DNA of 64,000 nt from Polyangiaceae bacterium. GTDB taxonomy: Bacteria; Myxococcota_A; Polyangia; Polyangiales; Polyangiaceae. Under the pieces are notes generated by a model. That model made no database searches and was not told the origin of the DNA. It saw nothing but the letters and a program-made list of their open reading frames with translations. Below are positions 18,413-28,087 of this stretch, one piece after another. Made by a program: the position numbers and the translations under genes. Each line of letters starts with the position of its first letter. The first letter of the stretch is position 1. The stretch covers positions 288,001-352,000 of the forward strand of contig CBDCTZ010000012.1 in the NCBI GenBank assembly GCA_965222375.1, in the 5' to 3' direction.

Positions 18413-20035
18413 TCAGCCCTTCTTCTTCGGCTTTTTCTTGGGCTCGTCGTCCTTCTTCGGCGCGGGGGCATCGTCAGCGCGCCAGAAGGGCATGCCGGCG
18501 TCTTCAGTCCATCCGTACTTTCCGTACTTTCCGGGTTCGCGTCGCTCCAAAAATTCGGAGCCGCCTTCACCGCTCCCGCTCTCCACGCCCTGGGTCATCA
18601 CGAGCAATTCGTCGGCGACATATTCGGGGTGGGGATCGTCCTGGGCGCGCACCTTGTCGCGTGGGAAGTCTCCGGTTCCGACGCGAATGATCTGGGTCGT
18701 GGGTGGATAGACGTCATTCCAACGCTCCCGCACGGCGTGGGCGCCGTCGCGCACGATTCGATAGCGATGCAACTTGAATCCGGACATGCCGCGTTGGGAC
18801 AGGATGCGCATGCCGTGGGGCAGGTCCTTGTCTTGGCGCTCGACTTCTTCGTAGGGGATCGCGTGGGTGATACGTCGGATCAGGGTGACGGTCCGCGTGC
18901 GCTTTGGGCCCAAGATTTCCGCGCGGACCACGCCGTTCTTCACGGTTTGGTGCAAGACGATGGGTACCGCGAGGTTGTTTCTAATTCGGAAGTTGATGGT
19001 GGGGTACACGACCGTCGCATCGAGGCCCATCTTTATGTAGGAGCTAGGGCGCGTGTGGGGGTAGCGTTCCACGATTTCCAGACCAGCGAAAAAGGCAGCT
19101 CCATGAAGCGTGCCGGATACCTGGCAGGTACCGCCTCCGATCCCGTCGACGACCTCGCCTTCGGCGATGACCGGGGCGACCTTGTAGCCATTGGCTTCAT
19201 CGCGAGGGCCGACGATTTCGTTGAAGTCGAAGATCTCGTTCGGCAGCAGCACGTAGCCGTCGAACTTCGACGCAGCTTGGCGCAGGTTGTAGGTGCGCGC
19301 GGCGTAGCGGGAGGCGCGGTTGTAGCGGGTTTCGAAGGCGCCCAAGACCTCGTCGAATTCGACGTTGCCCAGTTGAGAAGCCAAGCGCTTCGGTTTCTGA
19401 GGCTCGAAAACGATGCGGGCGGTCCGATCCCCGCGCTCGAGGGAACTTTCGATCTGAAGCAGGGTTGCGTCGACGTCGAGTAGCTGCCCAAGTACCTCGG
19501 GTACGAGCTTGCGTTTCTCGAGGTCCAGCCGCGCGTCATGCGCAACGCGGTCCAGTGCATCCTTGAGGCGCAGAAGTTCTGGCAGGACGGCCTCGGTGTC
19601 CATCACCACGGGCACTGGCAACACCAAGGCACCGGGTTCGGAGCGCTGGCGGTGCGCCCGGCGCAGCGGGCTCGTTCCATCCCGGGCATCTCGCACCAGC
19701 TGGGCCAGTCGAACCTTGTCGATCTTTGTGCCGAGGCGGCTGAAGCGAATGGGGCGCTTCTTGCCGTCCGGAAGCTCGAGGGAGAACTGGCCGGCCACGT
19801 AACTGCGCACCCGTTTCAGGGCTCGGGCAGGGGCGTCATCGCCCAGAGCGAGGGGCTGGCCCAGTAGGCGCACCTCCGGAGGCGGCTCGGTCTGCGAGCC
19901 TGGTTCGGGCGCCCGAGGCACCAGGGTCAAACCGATGGCGATGCCGGCGACTGCGGCGATGCCGACGCTGACCGCACCCCTATTTGCGAGCAGGCGCGAA
20001 AAAAGCGACGGGCTCTTCCGGCTGCCGGGGCTCAT
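18413..20035 (-). CDS. VanW family protein (membrane anchored, with G5-like C-terminal part)
   Basis: RTYNLRQAA, FDFNEIVGPR, GIGGGTCQVSGTL, ERYPHT, YIKMGLDATV; N-terminal TM helix; start 20035 or 20047. Confidence 0.88.
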   Translation of the reverse strand: MSPGSRKSPSLFSRLLANRGAVSVGIAAVAGIAIGLTLVPRAPEPGSQTEPPPEVRLLGQPLALGDDAPARALKRVRSYVAGQFSLELPDGKKRPIRFSRLGTKIDKVRLAQLVRDARDGTSPLRRAHRQRSEPGALVLPVPVVMDTEAVLPELLRLKDALDRVAHDARLDLEKRKLVPEVLGQLLDVDATLLQIESSLERGDRTARIVFEPQKPKRLASQLGNVEFDEVLGAFETRYNRASRYAARTYNLRQAASKFDGYVLLPNEIFDFNEIVGPRDEANGYKVAPVIAEGEVVDGIGGGTCQVSGTLHGAAFFAGLEIVERYPHTRPSSYIKMGLDATVVYPTINFRIRNNLAVPIVLHQTVKNGVVRAEILGPKRTRTVTLIRRITHAIPYEEVERQDKDLPHGMRILSQRGMSGFKLHRYRIVRDGAHAVRERWNDVYPPTTQIIRVGTGDFPRDKVRAQDDPHPEYVADELLVMTQGVESGSGEGGSEFLERREPGKYGKYGWTEDAGMPFWRADDAPAPKKDDEPKKKPKKKG

Positions 20036-20117
20036 GACGCCAGCCATAACACGCCGTCCAGCAAAATCGAGATCCCGGTCGCGCCAAGGGTTTTGACGCA
20101 TACTCTTCGCCTCCGCG

Positions 20118-22013
20118 ATGGCGCTACCGGACGAAGTCGAGAAAAAGCTCCCTGCGCTGCCGGCGCGTCCGGGCTGCTACATCTTCCGAGATTCGGGCGG
20201 CGAGGCGCTCTACATCGGCAAGGCGACCAGCCTGCGGGCGCGGGTCCGCAGCTACTTTCAGGACGGGAGCAGCGACGAGCGTGGTTTTCTGCCCCTGCTG
20301 CGGCGCCAGGTGAGCGACTTCGAGACAGTCGTCACTGCCAGTGAAAAAGAAGCGGCCATCCTCGAGAACAGTCTGATCAAGAAGAACCGGCCTCGTTACA
20401 ACGTCAAGCTACGCGACGACAAGGAGTTCCTCACCCTGCGACTGTCCCTGCAGCACGAGTATCCGCGCTTGGAATTGGTGCGAAAGCCGGACTCGGACCG
20501 TGCGCAATACTTCGGCCCTTACCACTCGGCGACGGCCGCACGGCGCACGCTCCATCTCGTGGAAAAACACTTTCAATTGCGCACTTGTTCGGATCGAGAA
20601 TTGGCGTCACGCAAGCGCCCTTGTCTGCAGTACCAAATCAAGCGCTGCCCCGCGCCCTGCGTCTACGACATCGAAGAGGAGAACTATGCACAACAAGTCC
20701 GTGCGGTTGCCCTCTTCCTGCAAGCACGCCACGACGAACTGTGCGACGAATTGGAAGAGCGCATGGCGGAGGCCAGTAGCGGGATGCAGTACGAGTTGGC
20801 AGCGCTGTATCGGGATCAGCTGCAAGCCGTGAATACCGCGCGAGAGGCCCAACGGGTGGTCGCGGTTTCGGATCGGGATCAAGACGTGCTGGGGCTGTAT
20901 CGGGAAGGGGATTTGGCGGAGCTCACGTTGCTCACCGTGAGATCTGGCCGGGTGGTCGACGCCGCGAGCATTTCCCACAAGCGCCTGGAGTTGCCCGACG
21001 ACGAACTGGTGGCGACCTTCCTGCGGGAGCACTACGGTCGCGAGAGCGTGGGCGCGGCGCTCATACCCGATGAAGTGATTCTGCCGGTCTTGCCCGAGGG
21101 CAGCGTAGGCGTATCCGAGTGGTTGAGCGAACGTCGCCAGAATGCCGGAGGGCGGACTCGGCGCGTGGAGTTGTCGGCGCCTGCGCGCGGAACCAAGCGC
21201 AAGCTGCTCGACTTGGCCCAAGACAACGCTCGGCACGCCTTCGAAGAAAAGCGCCGCGCGGCCGACGACATCGAAGAGCGGCTGGCGCGACTCCAGGCGA
21301 AACTGCGCATCTCCACGCTGCCTCGGCGAATCGAGTGCTGCGACATCTCGCATCTGGGCGGCCAGGACACCGTGGGCGCTGTGGTAGCGCTCAAGGATGG
21401 GGCTCCAGACAAGAAGCAGTATCGGAGCTACACCGTGCGCGGGGTGACCGAGGGCGACGACTACGCCGCGATGTACGAAGTGCTTTCACGCCGCTTTCGG
21501 CGCGGTAAGGCCGCCGCTGACGCAGCCGAGCAAGGCGAGGCGTCGGAGTGGGAGCTGCCGGATCTATTCGTGGTCGACGGCGGACGCGGGCAGCTCGCGG
21601 TGGCGCTGACGGCGGCGAGCGACCTGGGTTTGCACGATTTGGCCGTGGTGGGCCTGGCCAAGGAGCGCGAGACGCCTCTGGGGGAAAAACTGGTGGATCG
21701 CGTGTACTTGCCCGGTCAGAAGAACCCCGTTTCCCTACGCGCGAATAGCGCGGAGCTCTTCTTGCTGACTCGGGTTCGGGACGAGGCGCATCGCTTCGCG
21801 AATCGGGGACGGAAGAAGACCGGCAAGCGGCGTCGTTTCGAATCCGAGCTGGACCGAGTGGCGGGCATTGGTGCCAAGACGCGTACGGCGCTGCTATCCC
21901 ATTTGGGATCTCTTGAAGCAGTACGTGCTGCCAGCGACGAAGAGATCCTTGCGGTGCCGGGTGTGAACCGACGCCAGCTCAACGCTCTGCGAAAGCACTT
22001 CGCTGCTGAGTGA
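20118..22013 (+). CDS. uvrC: Excinuclease ABC subunit C
   Basis: GIY-YIG motifs (PGCYIF..YIGKA..RVRSYF), PRYNVKLRDDK, IECCDISH, VVDGGRGQL, RDEAHRFA, HhH tail. Confidence 0.97.
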   Translation: MALPDEVEKKLPALPARPGCYIFRDSGGEALYIGKATSLRARVRSYFQDGSSDERGFLPLLRRQVSDFETVVTASEKEAAILENSLIKKNRPRYNVKLRDDKEFLTLRLSLQHEYPRLELVRKPDSDRAQYFGPYHSATAARRTLHLVEKHFQLRTCSDRELASRKRPCLQYQIKRCPAPCVYDIEEENYAQQVRAVALFLQARHDELCDELEERMAEASSGMQYELAALYRDQLQAVNTAREAQRVVAVSDRDQDVLGLYREGDLAELTLLTVRSGRVVDAASISHKRLELPDDELVATFLREHYGRESVGAALIPDEVILPVLPEGSVGVSEWLSERRQNAGGRTRRVELSAPARGTKRKLLDLAQDNARHAFEEKRRAADDIEERLARLQAKLRISTLPRRIECCDISHLGGQDTVGAVVALKDGAPDKKQYRSYTVRGVTEGDDYAAMYEVLSRRFRRGKAAADAAEQGEASEWELPDLFVVDGGRGQLAVALTAASDLGLHDLAVVGLAKERETPLGEKLVDRVYLPGQKNPVSLRANSAELFLLTRVRDEAHRFANRGRKKTGKRRRFESELDRVAGIGAKTRTALLSHLGSLEAVRAASDEEILAVPGVNRRQLNALRKHFAAE

Positions 22014-22021
22014 GCACGGCG

Positions 22022-22083
22022 CGTCAATCGAGTTGGCGCGGGCGAGTGTGCGACGTCAATTGAGTTGGCGTCAATCGAGTTGG
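22022..22083. repeat. Three copies of 15-bp CGTCAATYGAGTTGG
   Basis: Copies at 22022-36, 22054-68 and 22069-83. Confidence 0.8.
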
Positions 22084-22216
22084 CGGGCGCGACGGGCGAA
22101 CGCGATCGAGTCGACTTTGCGCGGGACGACGACGTGGTTCTGCACAGATTCATGCGCGGCATGCGCCTTGCTGACTAAGCGCGGCAGAAGCACGGCTGAC
22201 AACGAAAGGTGCGAGC

Positions 22217-24529
22217 ATGAAAAGGCCAATGCCATTGGCTTCGGGGTACCTCTGTAGGTATCGCGGAGCGCGACGAATGTGCGTCTTCGCAGCGAGCTAC
22301 GTGTTCGCACTACTGCTCTTGATGGGTTGCCTCGACCGGCCAGTGTCGCCGCTGTCGCCTCAAACGACCAACATCACTGTGGATCAGATCCGGCAAACCT
22401 CTTTCGACAAGATCGACTTGTTGTTCATGATCGACAATTCAATCTCCATGGCCGACAAGCAACAGATCTTGAAAGCCGCGGTGCCGAAGTTGGTGGAGCG
22501 CCTGGTCACGCCGCGCTGCGTGGATGCTGCGACGTTGCAGCCCACGACGGGCAACGCACCCAACTGTGCGCCTACGGATGTGCCCGAATTCCCCCCAATT
22601 GTCGACATTCACCTGGGTGTGATCACCTCCAGCCTTGGAGCGCACGGAGGAGAAACCTGCTCGGATGCGGCGTCGCCGGCAGGGCAGCGCGGCGATGATC
22701 GCGGGCGGCTGTTGCCATCGGTTCGAGATGGCCTGGTCAATCACGAAGGTCTGGATTTCTTGTGGTGGAATCCGGCGGACGACCCGGCCGATGTCGCGGA
22801 CTCCAGCACGCTGATCTCCGAGTTCAGCGCTCAGGTGGTCGCCGCCGGTGAAAACGGCTGTGGCTACGAGGCCTCCCTCGAGGCCTGGTATCGATTTCTG
22901 ATCGATCCCCAACCTCCGGAGTCTGTGAAGAAGCAAGGCAACTTCACGGTCGTCGCACACTGCACTGACGAGGGCGCCGACTGCGGTGCGGCTGGCACCT
23001 GCGTGGGTGGCGTGTGTGCCGACAAGACGGTGTTGGCTCAGCGAAAGGCGTTCCTGCGCGGCGACTCGCTGGTGGCGGTCATCATGCTGTCGGACGAAAA
23101 TGACTGCTCGATCCGCGACGACGGTCAAGGCTGGTTGGTCAGTACCGGCGCGCCGGGCCTGCCTCGAGCAACCGGCGTTTGCAAGACAGATCCGGATGAC
23201 CCGTGCTGTACGTCCTGTGGTGCTCCTGCGCCAGATGGATGTCCGCCACACGCTCAGGATGCCGAGTGCAGCCAGAACGGCGGTGTCTACGCAGCCACTG
23301 AGGATCACGTGAACCTCCGATGCTGGGAGCAGAAGAAACGCTTCGGCGTCGACTTGTTGCAGCCGCTGAGTCGCTACGTCTCGGGTTTGAAGGACCCCGT
23401 CATCAAAGACCGCGCCGGCAACGATACGCCGAACCCTCTCTACTCGACGGGCGGTGGGGTGGCTCGGGATCCGAGTTCGGTCTTTCTGGCGGGCATCGTG
23501 GGCGTGCCGTGGCAAGCGGTTGCCACGGACGAGAGTCAGGCCGCCGGCACGCCTCTGGCGTACAAATCGGCGCGGGATGTCGACTGGGCAGCCATCACCC
23601 GGACGGGGCGTGCGCCCCCCACGAATCCGCGCATGGTCGAAAGCCACGCCGTGCGCCCCGGATTGGCGGACTTCAACGCTCCAAACAGCGACCCGGTCCA
23701 CGGTCATGACTGGGACATCGCGGCAGCCGGCGGCGCGCAAGGGCCCGGTGACCTGCAGTTCGCCTGCATCTTTCCTCTGGCTCAGCCTCGAGACTGCAAG
23801 GCGGCTTCGGCTAGGTGCGACTGCAAGGCCGCGGGGGTGAACGGCAAGAGCCCGTTGTGCTGGGATGGTGCCAAGTTCGGTGAGGTGCAACACAACGCCA
23901 AGGCGTTTCCAGGGTTGCGGCAGCTGGAGGTGCTGCGCGACTTCGGAGACAACGCCATCGTGGCATCCATCTGTCCGAAGGAGGCCAAGAACGAAGCCGA
24001 CCCGAGCTACGGTTACAATCCGGCCGTCGACGCCATCGTGGATCGGCTGAAGGACCAGTTGGGGGGGACCTGCATCACTCGGCCTGTGGAGGTTACGCAA
24101 AACGCCGACGGCACGACCTCCACGCAGTGTGCCGTGGTGGAAGTCACCTCCACGACCGGGGGTGCGTGTAGTTGTGACCCGGTTGCCAATCGTCGCCTAC
24201 CCAATCAGAAGTTGATCCAGCCGGTGCTTGCAGGGCTGCGCGAGGACCGTGTGTGTGGCGAAAACACTGGCGGGCCCGCGGCATGCACGCAGCAGGAGTT
24301 CTGCCTGTGCGAGATCGCCGAGGCCGATCCCAAGGCGTCGTGTGAAAACGACGCTCAGCCCTCCGGGACCGGCTGGTGCTATGTCGATCCCAGTCAGGGC
24401 GTGGGGCGTGACGAAGTGATCCCGAAGGAGTGCAATCCGCGTCGGCAGTTGCGCTTCGTGGGTCAGGACACTCCGGCGAAGAACTCCGTCGTCTTCATCG
24501 CCTGCCTAGGCAAGCCTCTCGGCTCCTAA
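22217..24529 (+). CDS. Cys-rich vWA-like lipoprotein, paralog 1
   Basis: Lipobox LMGC; MIDAS-like DLLFMIDNSISM; VIMLSDENDCS; start 22217 (GAAAGG RBS) or 22277. Confidence 0.8.
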   Translation: MKRPMPLASGYLCRYRGARRMCVFAASYVFALLLLMGCLDRPVSPLSPQTTNITVDQIRQTSFDKIDLLFMIDNSISMADKQQILKAAVPKLVERLVTPRCVDAATLQPTTGNAPNCAPTDVPEFPPIVDIHLGVITSSLGAHGGETCSDAASPAGQRGDDRGRLLPSVRDGLVNHEGLDFLWWNPADDPADVADSSTLISEFSAQVVAAGENGCGYEASLEAWYRFLIDPQPPESVKKQGNFTVVAHCTDEGADCGAAGTCVGGVCADKTVLAQRKAFLRGDSLVAVIMLSDENDCSIRDDGQGWLVSTGAPGLPRATGVCKTDPDDPCCTSCGAPAPDGCPPHAQDAECSQNGGVYAATEDHVNLRCWEQKKRFGVDLLQPLSRYVSGLKDPVIKDRAGNDTPNPLYSTGGGVARDPSSVFLAGIVGVPWQAVATDESQAAGTPLAYKSARDVDWAAITRTGRAPPTNPRMVESHAVRPGLADFNAPNSDPVHGHDWDIAAAGGAQGPGDLQFACIFPLAQPRDCKAASARCDCKAAGVNGKSPLCWDGAKFGEVQHNAKAFPGLRQLEVLRDFGDNAIVASICPKEAKNEADPSYGYNPAVDAIVDRLKDQLGGTCITRPVEVTQNADGTTSTQCAVVEVTSTTGGACSCDPVANRRLPNQKLIQPVLAGLREDRVCGENTGGPAACTQQEFCLCEIAEADPKASCENDAQPSGTGWCYVDPSQGVGRDEVIPKECNPRRQLRFVGQDTPAKNSVVFIACLGKPLGS

Positions 24530-24688
24530 ACCCCCCGGGGCTGCGCCCGCCCCCGCCTGCGCGGTCACCCTCACCCCCGCGCCCGCCCCCAAGCCCTCCG
24601 GAACCTCTGTTGGCGCCCAGCCGCCTGGATCGGCAACTGGGTTGGCGGTGGCCCGGCGGCTTTGCCCCCGATCTGGCCGAAATCTCCC

Positions 24689-24703
24689 GGGCACGCGCTT
24701 TGC
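24689..24703 (+). promoter_or_regulatory. Putative sigma54 -24/-12 promoter
   Basis: gGGCACGCGCTTTGC, GG-N10-GC, upstream of 24902. Confidence 0.55.
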
Positions 24704-24901
24704 CCGATCTAGGCTTGTGCGGCCCCTAATTCACTCGATTTGCGCTCCGTCGGCGAGGGCGGCAACCGCGATTGACAGCAATGGTCCCGCGCACTTACGC
24801 TCGTGCGGCCCTGGCTTTTCGCCAGCTCGGGCGACTAATATTGTTGTAGGTCTGATCGGGTCGCCCCCACTGGGCATGGGTTTCCTAAGGAGTCTGTCGA
24901 G

Positions 24902-27223
24902 ATGAAGAAAAGTTCATCCCTTTCGGCGCGCATGGTTCGCGCCACCATCGCGGGTATCGCGTCCGTGGCCACCCTGGGTGGGCTGGCCTCGGGCTGCTTG
25001 GATCGGCCGGTTTCGGAGGACAGGCCCAGAACGACGAACGTGTTTGTCGACCAGATCCGCCAGTCCGGCGTCGACAAGATCGACATGCTGTTCATGATCG
25101 ACAACTCGATCTCCATGGCGGACAAGCAGAAGATCTTGGAAGCCGCGGTGCCGAAGCTGGTCGAGCGCCTGGTGACGCCCCGCTGCGTGGACGCGGGCAC
25201 GAAGGCGCCGACCACGGGGAACTTCCCCAACTGTGCCGGCACCGACGAACCGGAATTCCCCCCGATCAAAGACATTCACCTCGGCGTGATCACGTCGAGC
25301 CTGGGCGCCCATGGCGGCGAAACGTGCTCGGAGAACAGCCCGAACTTCAAGCCCGATCAGAACGATAACGGTCGCCTGGTCGGGCCCTTGCGCGGCGTGA
25401 CCAACCACGAGGACCTGGATTTCTTGTGGTGGAACCCCGACTCGGACCCGTCGGATCAAGCCGACTCGAGTACACTGATATCCGAGTTCAGCGCTCAGGT
25501 GGTGGCCGCCGGCGAGACCGGCTGCGGCTATGAGGCTTCTCTCGAAGCTTGGTATCGCTTCTTGGTCGATCCCCAGCCGCCAAACATCGTCAAAAAGGAG
25601 GGCAACTTCACGACCGTGGAGCAATGCCAGGGCGACGGCACGGATTGCGGCAACGGCGGAACCTGCGTGGGTGGCTTCTGTGCCGACAAGACGGTGCTGG
25701 CGCAGCGCCAAGCGTTCCTCCGCAGCGACTCCCTGGTCGCCGTGGTGATGCTGTCGGACGAGAACGATTGTTCGATTCGTGACGACGGCCAGGGCTGGCT
25801 GGTCAGCATCGCCACGCCCGGTCTTCCGCGTGCGACGGCAGCGTGTGCACAGGATCCAGACGATCAGTGTTGTACGTCGTGTGGTGCGCCCACGCCTGCA
25901 GGTTGCATTCCGGCGGCCCAGGATCCGGAGTGCAGCAAGAACGGTGGGAACTACACTGGTCCCGAGGACCATGTGAACTTGCGTTGCTGGGAGCAGAAGA
26001 AGCGTTACGGCGTGGACTTCTTGTATCCCCTCAACCGCTACGTCACGGCCCTGAAGAACCCGACAATCAAGGATCGGTCGAACAACGACACGCCCAACCC
26101 GCTGTTTTCGACGGGCGGCGGCGTATCCCGAGATCCCAGTCTGATCTTCTTGGCTGGCATCGTGGGTGTGCCTTGGCAGCTGATCGCGACGGACGACAGC
26201 CAAGCGGCGGGCGCACCCTTGAAGTACAAGAACGCTCGGGACATCAATTGGCCCGCCATCACGCGTACAGGAAACGCGCCTCCGACGGACGTGCACATGG
26301 TGGAGCAGCATCCGCCCCGCGCGGGATTGCCGGACTTCAACGGTGCCCCCAAGGCGGACCCGATTCATGGTCACGACTGGGACATCGCTACGGCCTTCGG
26401 AGCCCAGCAGGGCCCAGGCGACTTGCAGTATGCTTGCATCTTCCCCTTGGCCCAGAGTCGCGATTGCTCCGGTGCCACGGGTGGTTGTGACTGCAATGCC
26501 GCCGGTGTGAACGGGAAGAGTCCGCTGTGCTGGGATGGCGCCCAGTACTCCAGCGTGCAGACCAGCGCGAAAGCGTATCCCGGCCTGCGCCAGCTCGAAG
26601 TGCTGCGTGACTTCGGCGACAACGCCATCGTGGCGTCCATCTGCCCGAAGGAAGCCGTCGATACCAACAATCCGAGCTTCGGCTACAACCCTGCAGTCGA
26701 TGCCATTGTCGACCGCTTGAAAGAGCAGCTCAGCGGCTCCTGCCTGACCCGCCCGGTCACGGTCGAATGCGAGGGCGAGATCGACCCAAATACCGGAGTG
26801 TGTCAAGGCAACACAGTTACCAAGTGCTCAATCGTGGAGGTTGCAGCCACAGACGGGGGCGCCTGCGGCTGCGATCCCAACATCAATCGCCAGGACCCCA
26901 ACCCCAAGCTAATCAAGCCCGTGCTCGACGGCCTGAGAAAAGACCGTATTTGTGGTGGGGCTGGACAGCCGTCGTGCACACAGACCGACTTCTGTCTGTG
27001 TCAGATTGGTGAGGCCAACCCGAAGACGTCCTGTGAGAACGAGGCCAATCCGCAGGGGATCGGCTGGTGCTACATCGATCCCGAGGGCACGCCGGCGCTG
27101 GGGAACATCGACTTGGTGCAGGACTGCAACCCGAAGCGCCAGCTTCGCTTCATCGGTGGAGACACGCCGAAGAAGAACTCGATCGTCTTCATCGCCTGCC
27201 TGGGTAAGCCTCTGGGCGAGTAA
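24902..27223 (+). CDS. Cys-rich vWA-like lipoprotein, paralog 2
   Basis: AAGGAG RBS; lipobox ASGC; DMLFMIDNSISM; collinear with 22217..24529 over its full length. Confidence 0.85.
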   Translation: MKKSSSLSARMVRATIAGIASVATLGGLASGCLDRPVSEDRPRTTNVFVDQIRQSGVDKIDMLFMIDNSISMADKQKILEAAVPKLVERLVTPRCVDAGTKAPTTGNFPNCAGTDEPEFPPIKDIHLGVITSSLGAHGGETCSENSPNFKPDQNDNGRLVGPLRGVTNHEDLDFLWWNPDSDPSDQADSSTLISEFSAQVVAAGETGCGYEASLEAWYRFLVDPQPPNIVKKEGNFTTVEQCQGDGTDCGNGGTCVGGFCADKTVLAQRQAFLRSDSLVAVVMLSDENDCSIRDDGQGWLVSIATPGLPRATAACAQDPDDQCCTSCGAPTPAGCIPAAQDPECSKNGGNYTGPEDHVNLRCWEQKKRYGVDFLYPLNRYVTALKNPTIKDRSNNDTPNPLFSTGGGVSRDPSLIFLAGIVGVPWQLIATDDSQAAGAPLKYKNARDINWPAITRTGNAPPTDVHMVEQHPPRAGLPDFNGAPKADPIHGHDWDIATAFGAQQGPGDLQYACIFPLAQSRDCSGATGGCDCNAAGVNGKSPLCWDGAQYSSVQTSAKAYPGLRQLEVLRDFGDNAIVASICPKEAVDTNNPSFGYNPAVDAIVDRLKEQLSGSCLTRPVTVECEGEIDPNTGVCQGNTVTKCSIVEVAATDGGACGCDPNINRQDPNPKLIKPVLDGLRKDRICGGAGQPSCTQTDFCLCQIGEANPKTSCENEANPQGIGWCYIDPEGTPALGNIDLVQDCNPKRQLRFIGGDTPKKNSIVFIACLGKPLGE

Positions 27224-27244
27224 GCAGGGCAGAATCGAGCGCGC

Positions 27245-27286
27245 GCGGCGCGGCCAACCCGAGGGTTGCCGCGCCGCCTTCGTTTT
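27245..27286 (+). terminator. Rho-independent terminator
   Basis: GCGGCGCGGC-c-AACCC-GA-GGGTT-GCCGCGCCGC followed by CTTCGTTTT. Confidence 0.75.
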
Positions 27287-27351
27287 GTGCAGGAGGTGGC
27301 CGCGTACTGCTGCAGGCCCGTTTCGACCCGTGGTAGCTTGGCGCTGCGGGA

Positions 27352-28041
27352 ATGGAGTCGAAGAAAACCATCCTGGTCATCGAGGACGAGCCCCAACTCG
27401 TGCTCGGCCTGAAGGACGCCCTGGAGTTCGAAGGCTTTCGGGTGCTATCGGCGCCCAATGGCAAGGACGGCGTGTGTGCGGCCCGAAGTGAACGCCCAGA
27501 TGTGGTGCTCTTGGATTTGATGTTGCCGGATATCAACGGCTATCAAGTTTGCGAGGAGCTGCGGCGCTTCGACGCTTTCATGCCCGTGATCATGCTCACC
27601 GCGCGGAGCCAAGAGGCGGACAAGATCCGCGGCTTGGACGCGGGCGCAGACGATTACGTGACCAAGCCGTTCAGTGTCGGCGAACTCATCGCCCGGATTC
27701 GGGCGCTGTTTCGACGAATCAATCGTCCGAGCGAGACCCTCGCGTTCCGAGTGGGCGACGCCACCGTCAACGTGACCGCTCATACGGTGTGCCGAGACGG
27801 CGCGGAGGCAGAAACGCTCAGTTTCTACGAAGTCGAGCTGCTGCGACTACTCTATGAACGCGCCGGCCAGCCTGTCAGTCGAGAGGAGATCTTGAACAAG
27901 ATCTGGGGGCTGGATGCCAGCCCTACCAATCGCACCATCGACAACTACGTGGTCAAGCTGCGTCGCAAGCTCGAGGGCACGCCCGAGAAGCCGGAGCACA
28001 TCCTCACGGTGTACGGATTCGGCTACAAACTGGTGCTGTAG
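27352..28041 (+). CDS. OmpR/PhoB family response regulator
   Basis: ILVIEDE, LLDLMLP, MLTA, GADDYVTKPF, winged helix RTIDNYVVKLRRK..TVYGFGY. Confidence 0.95.
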   Translation: MESKKTILVIEDEPQLVLGLKDALEFEGFRVLSAPNGKDGVCAARSERPDVVLLDLMLPDINGYQVCEELRRFDAFMPVIMLTARSQEADKIRGLDAGADDYVTKPFSVGELIARIRALFRRINRPSETLAFRVGDATVNVTAHTVCRDGAEAETLSFYEVELLRLLYERAGQPVSREEILNKIWGLDASPTNRTIDNYVVKLRRKLEGTPEKPEHILTVYGFGYKLVL

Positions 28042-28087
28042 AGCCCCAACCCCGAAACCGCACCGACCCGAGAAATCCCTTGTCGTT

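Noticed and set aside
22022..22083. Possible mini-CRISPR
   Set aside because: Repeats are only 15 bp, two abut with no spacer, and no cas genes are present.
17270..27223. Diversity-generating retroelement (Avd-like gene plus similar paralogs as TR/VR)
   Set aside because: No reverse transcriptase in the window; paralog differences span the whole genes, include indels and do not appear confined to adenines.
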